A stretch of DNA of 63,394 nucleotides, the filler included, from Reticulomyxa filosa (taxonomy: Eukaryota > Protista > Foraminifera), in NCBI GenBank assembly GCA_000512085.1. It is 14 parts of 14 records of this genome, joined end to end, with 100 filler letters (N's around TTAATTAATTAA, not from the genome) between each part and the next. Parts side by side here need not be neighbours in the genome. Positions count along the whole stretch, not along the records: positions 39,734 to 41,831 come from ASPP01043953.1; positions 41,932 to 49,362 come from ASPP01004040.1; positions 49,463 to 50,622 come from ASPP01017084.1; positions 50,723 to 52,446 come from ASPP01025900.1; positions 52,547 to 56,285 come from ASPP01020183.1; 9 more parts are not named here. One strand, given 5' to 3'. A program made the position numbers and the translations under genes. Below the pieces are notes generated by a model. That model did not search any database and had not been told where the DNA came from. It worked only from the letters and a program-made list of their open reading frames with translations. This document shows positions 39,734-52,578 of this stretch, piece by piece (the first letter of the stretch is position 1; every line of letters begins with the position of its first letter).

Positions 39734-41190
39734 GGGGAGCTCCGATACACAGAGAACAGACACAAAACCCGAGACGATGAGGGTCGAGTCTTTTGCGATT
39801 TTTCAGGGTCGATCTGTTGCGAGGATGTCTAATGTCCGTCCATTCAAGCAAAAAAAAAAAAATCGAAGCTTTGCTTGGATTATTTGGAAAAAAAAAAACA
39901 AATAAATAAACAAACAAACAAGTAGCGCACATTCGGACGATTGATATCGCTATCGCTAGCTCTGAAATGAGCCAAATGGGTCACAGATCGCTGTTTTTTA
40001 GAATGTCGTCTGCCTGTTTCGGAAGGGATCGGTTCAATCGATATTTGGTCAATGTCCATGCCTCCCGCATCGGTACCGCTTTCGCTAGCAATCCCGACTC
40101 CGTCGCCCTCATCCTCAGGATCGGCTCCGTCATCAGTGCCTGTGTCCTTTGTCAGATCTCGCGAAGATGACGTATCGACATCAGCAGCACTGCCTCCGTT
40201 TTGCGTCGACGAGTTTTCGTTTTTCTATTGCACAATATGTTCGCAAAGCATGGACAGATATGTTAATACATGTACAAAGGCAACACATACAAATATAAAT
40301 ATATAAATATATAAATATATAAATATATAAATAAATATATATATATATATGTATATGTATATACCGTGGCTGGGGTTAGTCTTGCAGTTCCACACACGTC
40401 ACAAGACGTGGCAGTGAGAGTGTTGTTGTATGTGCACAAATGACATGACCAGTAATCATCGGGCGCCGGCGCTTTGCGAATATTTAACAGATCTGTGATT
40501 GCTCCGACCAGCTCGAGCTTCCTCTCGCTTCCTTTTTGTTCTTCCGATGTCCTGCCCTTTTTTTCGTGTTTGTCATTTGTTCCTTTTTTCGCACACAACA
40601 GAGTACAATAGCACGTATCATAGTTTTGCACATGCAAAAAAAAAAAAAAAAAAAAAAAAAAAAGGTACACAAAAAAAAAATATATATATATACATATATA
40701 CGAACAAAGGGGAGAAAAAAAAAAAAAAAAAAAATACTCGCAACTTGCTTTTCTTCATCTTGCTCACCACTCTCGCTTGTCAGTGCTGATAACGAGTTGA
40801 AAAACTTTTTTTGCTCGTTGAAAATTGTCGTGTTCAGATTGCGGAAATTGAAACCCAATAACTCGTTTTGTGACGAATTTGCTTGCTCATTGTCTCCCGA
40901 ACCGTTGCTGCCGTCCTCTACCGGCCCGTGTCGTTTGTCGCCTTGCACTTGGATTGTTGGCATTGTTGCACTGTGCATGTGCTGGGACGCTGCGCCGTTC
41001 CCATTGCGCGTCGCAAATCGATGTGCCAAATAGTGGATTGGGTCTTCATGCTCTGCAAATTGCTAGTCTCTCGTTGTTTGTGTTGTTTCTCGCTGTTTAC
41101 CAAGTCTCACGCTTTACTCAAATACAAGCAAACAAACAAAACCTTCAGGAAAACAAGGGGAGGAACCCCACTTTTTGAAGACGCGTTGTG
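39734..41190 (-). CDS. Multi-exon protein with a RanBP2-type zinc finger (partial, approximate)
   Basis: WSCHLCTYNNTLTATSCDVCG (W-x-C-x2-C-x3-N-x6-C-x2-C) at ~40390-40451; flanking GC-richer exons separated by AT-rich introns. Confidence 0.65.
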
Positions 41191-41562
41191 ACTCATATTC
41201 AAATTATGAGTGTTCGAAAAAAAAAAAGGGAAATTAGGAAATGAACGCTTCACGTGCTTTTTAAAACAAATAAAACGATTTACAGAAAGAGTATAGGGCT
41301 TACACGAAAAGAAAACAATGCAGAAAAGTAAAAGAACATTATTAAAAAGACGGTAATTGATAAAATGTGAATGAATAATTAAAAAAGGATGGCAACAGAG
41401 GCCAGAGAGAATATATAGAGAAATAGACACACAAGTAAAGACAATACATATGACATTTTTGTGTGATAAAAAAGATAATAAGTTTTATTTTGTAGTTGTT
41501 CTAAATTATCTTTCAACTTACAACCTCTATTGTGACGTTTTTTTTTTTGAAATGTTTGCAAA

Positions 41563-41735
41563 AACACGGATCGAAAGGAAAATTTCGATTGTCAAAATTC
41601 AAAGACTTTGGCAAGTTACTATGTGATGATGACAGTCCAGCATTTGATCCAAATCAAGCATATTTCGTACGTGGCAAATTCGACGTGGAAATGGTTTTGT
41701 CAGAAGAATTGGAATTGCGCTCTTTTCCTTTTGAT
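41563..41735 (+). CDS. Fragment resembling the extracellular domain of a Cys-less pentameric ligand-gated ion channel
   Basis: YFVRGKFDVEMVLSEELELRSFPFD resembles the beta6/Pro-loop (F/Y)PFD motif; no clear start, possibly an isolated exon or remnant. Confidence 0.4.
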
Positions 41736-41831
41736 GTTTTGTTTCTGATGTGATTTCCTTTTATCTCTAAGGGCAATTCAACTTTTGTGTAGGCATGTAT
41801 ATGTATATCTGTATGTATGTGTGTGTGTGTG

Positions 41832-41931
41832 NNNNNNNNNNNNNNNNNNNNNNNNNNNNNNNNNNNNNNNNNNNNTTAATTAATTAANNNNNNNNNNNNN
41901 NNNNNNNNNNNNNNNNNNNNNNNNNNNNNNN
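41832..41931. other. Artificial contig linker
   Basis: N44-TTAATTAATTAA-N44. Confidence 0.98.
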
Positions 41932-42232
41932 GATTGAAATCAATACTTTGATAACATTTTGTTCAAATTATTTTTTTGCTGCAATTTTTGTGTGGCTGGC
42001 ATTATCTTGCTGAAATATCCAATTTCCATTATCTTCTAAACCCCAATTAATGCTTTTGAGCATTTCATCAGCTAAATTTCTTTGCAAATATATGCATTTA
42101 CACATCAATTAATGTTACATGCATAAACAGATCTTAACACTCTAAAGCAAGACCACACGATTATACTTAACATAGTCTGTCAGTTACAGCTATATAAAAT
42201 GGTCTCCTTTCATTGGTATCGGTTTATAGAAT

Positions 42233-42711
42233 ATGTTGATGTTTGCAAAAGATCATGGCTATGAGATAACGTATAATAAAAAAGAAAATTTTTTTCATGT
42301 CAAAGAATTGTCAGAATGCTCCTTACATGAAGTTTGGGGATGTTATCCTGTTCGCATTCAGGATTACGTTGTATTCTTTGGTGGCTTTGATGGAAACAAG
42401 GCAATCGATGCCATTCATGTGTTTTGCACTCGTAAAAACGATGGAAGATTTGTTTAAGTCAACTGCCCAGGCCCATTGGTGTAGTGCTTAGTCCTGATCA
42501 AAATTGGGTGCATATCCTTGGCGGGAATGAAGGATTGAATTACAGCAACCAACATTTGCATTTTCATCGAGATGATATTATCGGGGTCAGCCAAAACGAA
42601 TGCTGTGAACGTGTGGAATGCCTGTTTGAAAATGTCGATTTTTTCACGTACAGTTTCAAAGATATTAACACACTCATTACCTCTTATTTAACTCTACTTT
42701 TCGAATTTTAA
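42233..42711 (+). pseudogene. Kelch-repeat gene remnant
   Basis: YVVFFGGFDGNKAIDAIHVF and WVHILGGNEG kelch GG motifs in different frames, separated by a stop/frameshift. Confidence 0.6.
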
Positions 42712-43200
42712 ATCAAGTGTATTTTAAAAAAAAACTATATTTTTAATCTTTTTAAATTTTTTTTGTAATTTTCACTTTTCGTTTTTCTTTAAAATTTTTT
42801 TGATTCGTCAGTCAAATTGTAAAAAAAGAAAAATTAAACGTAAACTTTAGAAACCTTGCACTTTCTTTTACAAAACATAACTTTTTTATATAAAAAAATA
42901 GGCATTTGCGCCAAACACTTTGAAATTACATGTTTACAGAGTAATTTTGGTGTTGTCGTGGACATAACCAAGCTGGAATATCTAAAGTTATTTTCACTTA
43001 AGATTCTTTTTTAAAAAAATAAATTTGAATTTGAAATAGGTTCCGTCTTTCCAAATTTCAACATTCACATCAATTTTCAAAATATAAAATTGACGCACAA
43101 TTTCCACAATGCTTGTGGATTGTAAACGGTTGTCGTGTTTTGTTTGACACTTTCAAAAATAAAATGTACTTCCACAACCAAAAACATAACATTGTTAGTG

Positions 43201-45507
43201 TTACACGTCACAATCATACTTTATTTGTACTTCATGTTCGACATATTCTTTTCCTTTGATTGTCACTGTCACTTGAATCATTGTTTCACCAAAATAAAAA
43301 CGAACAGCATAGCCATCCTTCAGATTGTCAAAATCCTCTGGAAGTGGAACTTCAACATTTCCTAAATATTTGCATTCTGTTGTCACTCCTGGATCTATTT
43401 CCTCACTACGATAGATTGAGATATATGCGCTTTTGTTATTTTTACTTCCTGAGACGTAATTCTTTTTGATCATCTGTAAATAACCAATAATGAAAAAATC
43501 AAAAAAATAAAATAATATCAACATTTGCTATTGAAACATAACAATTGATCACAACAAATATTCAAATATTAACTTGTCCCACTTTCACTTCTTCATCTTT
43601 ATTCACAAATACATTGAAACAGCCATCAACGTACTCTTTATTGTTAATATCACTAATATATTTGTGTTTGTTGATATGATCTTCACTGATTTTTGGATGA
43701 GATCGAGCATCTCCTATTAAATAACTAATAGCAGTACCATAAGTGTACTTAACAATTCTGGAAGTAATAAAAGAAGGAATTCTTGCTAATTGCGCAGCTC
43801 CTTCAATTACTGATAAAACAGGTCTTTGAGGAATTACAAATGCGTATTTTGGTTCGTAATATTGTTTAAGTTTGAATTGTAGATAACGAGATTGACTAAA
43901 TCCACCCACCAAACATATATATTTCAGTTTTCCACTCAATATTTTTTCATTTTTATTCAACATCTCATCCATTTGTTTGATAATTGGATCAATCCTCAAG
44001 TCAAACAATTTCATCCATAATTTACAAGAAAGTGATAAATGTTCGTGATCATATTCATGTCTGTTACAATTATTTCAATGTATTGTATTTATCCAAACAA
44101 CATTGATTATAATTACCATGTTCTTTTAAAACAACAAGTGTGAAAACATAAAAAAGTAGCAAACCCAGATTCTCCAAGGTATTCAAATTTAGCAACCAAT
44201 TCTTCCAACTCACCAATGATATTTTCTTGTATGAATTTATCAAATTCATATGGAATTTCAATGCGATGAGCTCCAGTTGTTTTTTTATTTGCAAAAAAAC
44301 GCTGTTTACTTTTTTCAATATTATCCAATAATTGGACGTAATCTTTGGAACACGCCATTTGGAACTTTTTCATTGTCTCTTCTCCAAATATTTGACTAAA
44401 GATTGCTTCAATATCTTTGTTAATATAAGAACCACCCCAAGATCCTCCAAATGAAGCAATCATTTCTCTGACTTGAAATGGTCCTGTGATCTCATGACAT
44501 ACCATATCAGCAGTCCCTGCTCCTAAATCCATCATCATATAACAATCTCCTTTTTTGAATCGAATTCCACTTTGATTATCCTTCATTTCAAGCATCATAC
44601 AAACACTTGCACATTCAGGTTCAAGTACAATACTCAACTGATCAGGGATGGAGGGACTCCATAATTTTGCTTGTTGAGCCCATTGTTTCATTAATCCTTT
44701 TGCTTCTTCACTCCAAATTGCTGGAACAGTTATTACCCATTGTATTTTGTTTTCATCCACAATCAAATTATTCTGCTCCAAATATTGCATTGCCTTTCTT
44801 TTGCAATATTCCAAAGCACTGGTAAATACAATTTGAGGTTCGACATTGACCCCGTTTATTGATTGCAGCGCTGTTTTCAGATTTGATTGACTTTTTTTTT
44901 TGTATTGACTCGCCGTATCTTTTTTTTATTTTTATAATTATTTATTTTACTATTGATATTATGATTAAGAAACAAAAAAGCTCAAACCATATAAATGCAT
45001 TTTAAATTTATGGAATAACAACAATTTGGGGTTCGTGTCTGAATCATGATACCTGTTTTTTAAAATCAAAATACAAACAAAAATAAAAAGTAAATCTGAA
45101 ATTGTTTGGAGTGAATTGTCAAAATTAAATTTTGAAAAGAACTTGTCCCAAGCTTCATTGCCAAAAGCAATAACATTATGGTTTTCATCTAATAACAATG
45201 CTGTCTTCGTTTTTCCCTTAGTTTCTTTCATGTCATTTATTCCATTACGATTCCAATTTGTGATAAGACGCACATTTTCTGCTGCCTTGATATTAATACC
45301 CATTGCTGTTCCTTCAGTTCCAAAATCAATTGCAATGGTGCAGTCAAATTTCTCATCAATTTTCTGGAGCGCCTTTTTTTTTTTGGAAGAGAGTGGAGTC
45401 AGTTTCGTCCCACTAGTACAACAACAGACAAGACAGACAAAAACAAACAGTGGCTCGCTTTTTTTTTCGTCTTCGCCCTGATATAGGGAAAAAAGCCATG
45501 ACAGCAT
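43201..45507 (-). CDS. HSPA12: Atypical Hsp70 of the HSPA12 type, multi-exon
   Basis: IAIDFGT, WVITVPAIWSEEAK, IVLEPECAS, MMDLGAGTADM, GGSWGG, ICLVGGFSQS, YTYG, FYFGETMIQV; lacks the canonical substrate-binding domain and EEVD. Confidence 0.85.
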
Positions 45508-47229
45508 CTTGAGCAAAATTTCGCTAAAACAGAAAAATAAATTGAATTCAAAAAGAACAATCCAAAAAGTAAAAGAAACAGAGAAGTCACCAAAAGTGAG
45601 AGAAAGTTTTAGGGAAAAATGGCTCCAAAGTTCCCTTAAAACTTTGTCAATGTTGTATGTAGTATTTGTCTTTGTTTTTTCAAAGATACAGGATGTACTG
45701 TATTAACGAGATCAAAAAAGATGCGAATAGGTTATCTCGGTTATATTTGTAAAAATATTATCATTAGATTGTCAAGAATGTTTTTCTGGACAGAATAATA
45801 ATTCAATATCGAGTCAGTTGAAAATTTATGCGTAATAAACCGATTGTGAAGAAAAAGAATACAGTCGCTTGATTTCTTTTGGATGAAAAAAGTATTTCTA
45901 AAACTATGCACATCGCCTCAAATCTACGAGAAAATAATAGTAAAGTTTGTGGAGTTTCTAGGAGCAAAACAGGAACTTGAACGAATCGGATTTGAAAAAA
46001 TGAAATAATATTTTTAATTAAGAAAAAGAAGTGTTCGTCTATCATCACAACACACTTAGGTTTTTATTAAAATGCTATTGCTTTAACCAGGCAAATGAGT
46101 GTGTATGTAGTATGAGACTACACGACTCTTAATTGACTCCGAGCATTGACAGATCTTTATTCTTACCACGTGTAGTATATCTTTATAAATTTGATATACA
46201 TGTGTTATCTTTTCAAATAAATCTTCGTCAATAGTGGATCTAATTTTCAGATGATTTTGTATTACTTACTATCTTCGGTTGGAGTTTCGATTTATTGCAA
46301 ACGCTTTGGTCTCAACATATAATAGTGCATTGTCTCCAACTTCGAGATTATATTATTATAGTTTTTGTTCTCGAACAGTATGCGTTTTAAATCATAAATT
46401 GATTGTAAACTTATTGTAGAATTTTATATATTTGGTTATGTTTTTAGAATTGATTCGTTTTAATTTTTGTTAGATTGTCTTAGTTTATTTATCACGATAA
46501 CTTTGATATTCATTATTTTTATTATTGTTAATATTTTAACTTGTAATGTCACGATAAACTGAGATATTCTAACAACAAAAAAATAGAACAAATAGTAAAA
46601 TAAAAGCTAAACCTTTCAAAAATTCAAAAAAAATAAAACAAATGAAAATAGCCAAAAAAAAATTACAAAAATTAATAAAGTAAAATATCAATGTTGTAAT
46701 TACAAAAAATTGTATTTTGAAACACTTGAATATTAGTATATATTTTTTAAAAAAAGATTTAAAAAATGTTTACTTTTAACTTATAAAATCAGCTATCTTC
46801 ATAATATGCAATTTTAGTGTGTCAGTACTTTTGCCACTATATATGTATTGTATATACTTCCATTAATTAATAATTGTAGATCATATGATGTTAAATTAGA
46901 TCATCCAAATTATACACAATCGCGTTCAATATTAAAACAACGCTGTCTTCACTACGAATTGAACAATAAAAGATTGTTATTTAGAATTTATAATCAACAA
47001 ATTATAGTAATTTAGATTGTATTAAATACAGACATTGATAATTGTATACAAGCTATTCATCCATTATATCATATACAGATTTTTTCGAATAGGTCAAATA
47101 TGTTATTGAATTTGGAGAAGAATTATAGAAAAGTGCAAAATATGTATTGTAGTATGCAAATGAAAACATTTGTACAAATTATGTTATTAAAGATAGCAAG
47201 TCTTAGTGTACATATTGTTTGGTTTCTCA

Positions 47230-47560
47230 AGATATAATATTCATTCTAAATCTTGAATAGCATCTATTTATTGTCGTCTTTGTCCCGACTGATACTTTTA
47301 ATTTAAGTTTTTTAGAAAAAAAATTGTTTGCTAAAATCAGATTGAAAGAAAATAGCAAACTTAGCTATTCTTCATTTCCAAAAGCGAAAACTTGATTATT
47401 TTGATCCATTAAGAGTTGAACTTTTTAACAAGTTTCATCCGGTTTTAACATTCCATTTAATACTACAAGAAAAATGGTTAGATATGCTACGAAGCTTATA
47501 GCTGCAAATTGGCAGGGAAACTCTTTGTACCAGATACGCTGTAGTTCTGTAGTATTTCAT
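47230..47560 (-). pseudogene. Decayed 5' fragment of an HSPA12-like paralog
   Basis: Minus strand reads LLMDQNNQVFAFGNEE (cf. LLLDENHNVIAFGNEA in the neighbour) and a frameshifted MLF.RFRM..LY (cf. LLFHKFKMHLY). Confidence 0.55.
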
Positions 47561-47751
47561 ATCAAATATTTGCAGCCATTTTAAAATATGAGTGATTTTG
47601 TCTTTTTTTAAGTCCTAAAAGTTGTTTAAATTAAATCTTTATTCACAATTGGATGGAAATCAAGAGGTTAAGAAAAGAACCCCACTGAAAACCGAGTTTT
47701 TTTCTTTTTATACGTTCAAATTAAAAAAACCAGTATTTGTTTTTTAAAAAG

Positions 47752-49362
47752 ATGACATCATCACCAATGATGAACAAACGTACGCCTTTTTATGTTGGTT
47801 TTGCATCAGTGTTGTCTTTCGTTGGCTACAAATTGTTGACAACCTCTCGCTTGTCCTTAACGGACTTGTTTCACGCCAGAATAAGTTTTGTGTGTGTATG
47901 TAGTATGCCATGTATAAAAAAAAAGGAAATAAAAAAAAATAGAAAATCCAAAAATGCTGCTAAAGTACATTGATGAATTTGAAATTTGTGAAAATGAAAT
48001 GAGGAAGTTGTTGAAAAGCAATCCAGTATTGCTTGGATTGGACTGTGAATGGAAGCCAACATTAAGTAAGTTTAAAAAAAAAAGATAAAATAAAATGATA
48101 AAACTAAAAAAATGAAATAAAAAAAAGGGCGTAGTCGAAAAGTGGCAGTAATTCAAATAAGTTCAAATGAAACCTGTTATGTAATTCAATGTATAAAATG
48201 GAAAGAACTACCTCAATCATTAATAGAACTATTAACAAACAATGGAATTTGGAAAACGGGTGTTGGAATTCGAACAGATGCATTAATGCTTCGAAAGTCA
48301 TTTGGTATATCATTGCATGGATATTTGGATTTACGTTATATGGTGAATGATAATAACAATGGTGGTATTGAAATATCGGGTTTGAAAGATTTATCCACCC
48401 ATTATTTGCAAGTAATATTACATAAAGGAAGTCAATCACCACAATGCAGTAATTGGGAATGTAGCCCTTTATCTCCACAGCAATTATTATATGCTGCTAT
48501 TGATTGTTATGTATCAAGAATGATTGCCATAGCTATTATGTATCACAATAACAATAACAATAACAATAACAATAACAATGATATTCTTTCTCTTTCTGAT
48601 AATCAAACTCTTATTTTTAATTTTTTGCAACAATTTCTCAAATTTCAAAATTTGGATTTTATTCCAACGAAGAAGTAAGTTTTATATGCATATATATGTT
48701 TTGAATATAAAATACATATAACATGTATGCATATATATATTGAAATAGTTCAAGTGAATCAAGTCTTTTGTTGAAACAAAAAAAAATAAAAAAATCATTA
48801 TCATCATCGTCGTCACCGTTGTCATTATCACTGTCAATGTCATCACAAGAAACATCATCAAAATCACGAATGTTTCCAAGTCGTGAATGGTATATGTTTG
48901 GTCCGGACGGGAGATTTGTTTCAAAGATACAAAAGACAAAAGCTCTTTGGTATTTAGAACAACGTGTTGCTATTGTAATAAGTGATGGCAGTAATAACAC
49001 ACGAAAATGTATTCAATTATCTTTCAAACCCAACAATTATGGACATCCTGGAACTGGCAATTATCTTATGAATAGCTGTATGGGATGTGGTAAAAATGGA
49101 TATAAAGTCGATCTTATTCGTCATCAAATTATTCCTAGGTGCTATCGCAAATTTTGGGACACTGATCTGCAAGATTTATTATCACATGATATTGTTCCTC
49201 TTTGTACTCTTTGTAAAGAAAAGGCTGAACAACATAATTTCTTTTATCGAAAACAAATTCATCAACAATTTGGGGTAGAATCGCAAAAAAGTCAATCATC
49301 TGCCGTCATGCTTATCTCCAGAAATTCTAAAATTCTTTTGCGAAATTGGGATGCTTTACCTG
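47752..49362 (+). CDS. EXD2: EXD2-like DEDDy 3'-5' exonuclease with N-terminal hydrophobic anchor and C-terminal HNH-like region; 3' truncated
   Basis: Introns 47885-47942 and 48066-48127 splice in frame; LGLDCEW (ExoI), KVAVIQIS, KTGVGI..D, SNWE..PLS.QQLLYAAID (ExoIII); then GPDG..KALWYL, CMGCG, RHQIIPRCYRK, SHDIVPLCTLC. Confidence 0.85.
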
Positions 49363-49462
49363 NNNNNNNNNNNNNNNNNNNNNNNNNNNNNNNNNNNNNN
49401 NNNNNNTTAATTAATTAANNNNNNNNNNNNNNNNNNNNNNNNNNNNNNNNNNNNNNNNNNNN
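49363..49462. other. Artificial contig linker
   Basis: N44-TTAATTAATTAA-N44. Confidence 0.98.
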
Positions 49463-50622
49463 GAAAATCTTACATCGACTTGGCATATTTCACAATGAAC
49501 GAAAGAACAGATGCTTTTGAAACTTTGGATTAAGATTTGTGCTTCAAAGATGGATATCGCGACATTTTAGCTTCTAAATTCATTTTGCCGTTTTAACATA
49601 GGCTGGATTCGAGTCTGCAAAATGCCCTTCCCGTCGTACACGAATGGGAACAAATTTTGGTGATAGTATCAGAAACGGCGAGCACAGCGGCGACTAGAGG
49701 GATGGCTTCGTATTTGGAAACATTCATTGTGATGGCGTTGGAATATTTTGGTAAGATTTTATCAAATCAGTCCGGATAATCTAGATCTTTGCGCCACCAG
49801 ACTATGAAATCAAGATTGCCAAGACAAAAGAAAACGAAGACGTGATGATCTCGCACAAAGTGGTAACGATATAGACATTACGGCGGCAGCGATTGGATGG
49901 ACCGAAGAAGATGAAGACAATGAAGAAAATGGTAAGGACGTTGTTAGGAATTATTAATGAGCAAATCACGACGTCCGAAAAATCGCTGTATGTGCGAATG
50001 GCTCAATTTGTTGGATGAATTGTGCAAAATGCAAGCCAAGGTCACTGGTAAAAAGAAGTTAAGAAAGTAGATTCCAAGAGTCTGGGGGCTATATAGCGTT
50101 GTATTTATTTTTTTTAAAAAAAAACAGCATGTATGTTTTGTAGCGTTTGGTTATGGAATGGCTCGCATTCGAGTGGCAATTTTGCGCGTTCTTAGATATG
50201 GACGAACTTTCTTAGCGCCTCAATAGAAGTTGTTGGACGAATATGATCATATCAAATACAATAATAACACAAAACATTGGAAAAACTTCGCCATCAACAT
50301 AAGCATAGACTAGTATCTGCGGATGATTCTTCTTCAGGAACAGCAACAACCGTATGAGTAATTCGAATGAAATTCAGTCTATCACTGCAACTTTACATGA
50401 CATGACATAGCAAAATAAAAAAATAGTTACAAACATCAATTGTTCCTTTATGACATGGGCTATTTGTGATCTCACATTCATTTATGCTTCATGCAATGAA
50501 ACTGCACACAAATCCGACAATTTACACGTGTGTTCATACCTATTCACAACGCAGGATCTTTTTTTATTAAAATAAAAAATAAACAATAATGGATACATGT
50601 ATAATATGTGTATGCATAGACA

Positions 50623-50722
50623 NNNNNNNNNNNNNNNNNNNNNNNNNNNNNNNNNNNNNNNNNNNNTTAATTAATTAANNNNNNNNNNNNNNNNNNNNNN
50701 NNNNNNNNNNNNNNNNNNNNNN
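50623..50722. other. Artificial contig linker
   Basis: N44-TTAATTAATTAA-N44. Confidence 0.98.
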
Positions 50723-51184
50723 ACAACCATTTTTAGCGTCAACAAATTACTGGACGTAAAAAAAAGCGATCACTAACAAGACTCCGTAAAAGCTTATGTT
50801 TTTAATTTTTTTTCAAGAGTTTTTTTTATTTTGTTTGGACAATGGAATGATCAATTGCTTGTTTCATTAAAAACTCAGGAGCTTCTTGTACTTTTTGAAG
50901 CTTATAATTTTCACTAAGCACTAGTTTTTCTGGTGTTTGAAAATATCCGTCCATTTTGCTAACGTAGCTGAAGATGAGAATATTAGAGACAAACAGTTAA
51001 TTATATTGATGAACCCCAACACTAAAGGATAAACTCTCTTTAAAATAATGTGCTCAACATGTGCCTGCACAAAAACGAATGATGTGGATTAAATGTTCAG
51101 AGAAATACTACCCGACGCAGTTGACATGAGAAAAATGATATGATATTGTTCATGCCGTGCTGTGTTTTAAGAGAAAATAACACT

Positions 51185-52275
51185 ACAAACAAACAGACGA
51201 CGAAGCGAAGCCACAGAAAGAGAAAACTGGAACACAAAGACTGCTCAATGACGACAGCAACAATAAACAAAATCGAAAGACGTCAGTGCAAGAAAGGATC
51301 GCAGAGTTGAACAAGTGGCCAGACGTAGAAACGAGCACGAAGTCAGCATCAGTTTTGCTTTTGAATTTTGCCTTTTTTTTAAAAAAAAAAAAAATGAGGA
51401 AAGAAACGAATAATACCACCCCCTTTCGTCATTATGGAATATAACAACTCGAAAAAAAAACAAAAAACGTGTTATTGTTTCAAACATGGACCCCCCCCTT
51501 TTTTCAAAGCGACTATCAACGAACGAGAAACCAAAGACAAGTACAGTCTCGACGAATTAGACAAGCAAGCAATAGTGGAGAGTGGATCGAGTAAAAAAAC
51601 GGAATCGACAAATGCAAGTCAAATGCAAATAGGTCACCGAGTGGTCCCAGCATAGCCTTGGAAAAAACAGATAACAAATCAACGAAAGAAAACGTAGTGT
51701 TATCACTCGAAAGAAAAAAGGGAAATGAAAATGATAATAAGATAACCAACAAAGACAAAAGATAAAAAGCAGTACCAACAATGGCAACACAAGGTCAACG
51801 ATGACGGCCACGAGCGAGGAACCAGTGAATCCATGAGCTTTGAGTGTGTCAAGGATCGCATGTCTCTGTACACTACCACAAATCAGGCCAGGATTCACGA
51901 GTCATCAATGAAATTCGGGTATGTGTGATTGGTTGTGCAATTTATTGTTATATCTCTTTTTTTTTTTTTTTGATTGGGTGAGAACTTATCGTATTACACT
52001 TACATATATCTGTATGTGGTAAAGGTTGTCGTCCACCATCTGAGAGTCGCGCTACTGGCATTGGAGGGATGCGCAGAAAACTTGAGAGAAGACCTAAGGT
52101 GGATTTAGGAGCGATGATGATACAGAAACTGCGGATGCGAATAATCAAGAGAAACAACAAGGAGAAGAACAAGAACTAACTCGAGTGATCAGTGGAAGCA
52201 TGTCCATGTCGACAACTTTGCAAGTCTCGGACCATAGTGAGCAAGACAAACCCCCGAGGACAAGTCACCTTAAAT
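51185..52275 (+). pseudogene. Coding-like, charged low-complexity sequence with several frame breaks (decayed gene or error-rich assembly)
   Basis: Exon-like stretches (QTDDEAKPQKEK..SVQERIAELNKW; ETADANNQEKQQGEEQELTRVISGS) separated by T/A-rich intron-like segments, with internal stops. Confidence 0.3.
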
Positions 52276-52446
52276 GATGTCTTACGAGCGGCACAGAGAG
52301 ATAACATGCTGTTATGTTAGTCGAGCAATTTGGATTGTTTCAAAAAGGTCCTTACATGTTTTTTGTTATTGTGTTTGTTTGTGCTTTTTTTTTTCACTCT
52401 CTTTTCCTTCCCTTTTCCTTCTTCTCCTTTTTTTTTTTTTATCATT

Positions 52447-52546
52447 NNNNNNNNNNNNNNNNNNNNNNNNNNNNNNNNNNNNNNNNNNNNTTAATTAATT
52501 AANNNNNNNNNNNNNNNNNNNNNNNNNNNNNNNNNNNNNNNNNNNN
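52447..52546. other. Artificial contig linker
   Basis: N44-TTAATTAATTAA-N44. Confidence 0.98.
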
Positions 52547-52578
52547 AAAAAAAAAAAAAATAATAATAACAATGCCAG

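Noticed and set aside
49463-50400. Coding-like GC-richer sequence filling contig 9
   Set aside because: All frames are interrupted and no family could be recognised; probably decayed gene sequence, but unassignable without a search.
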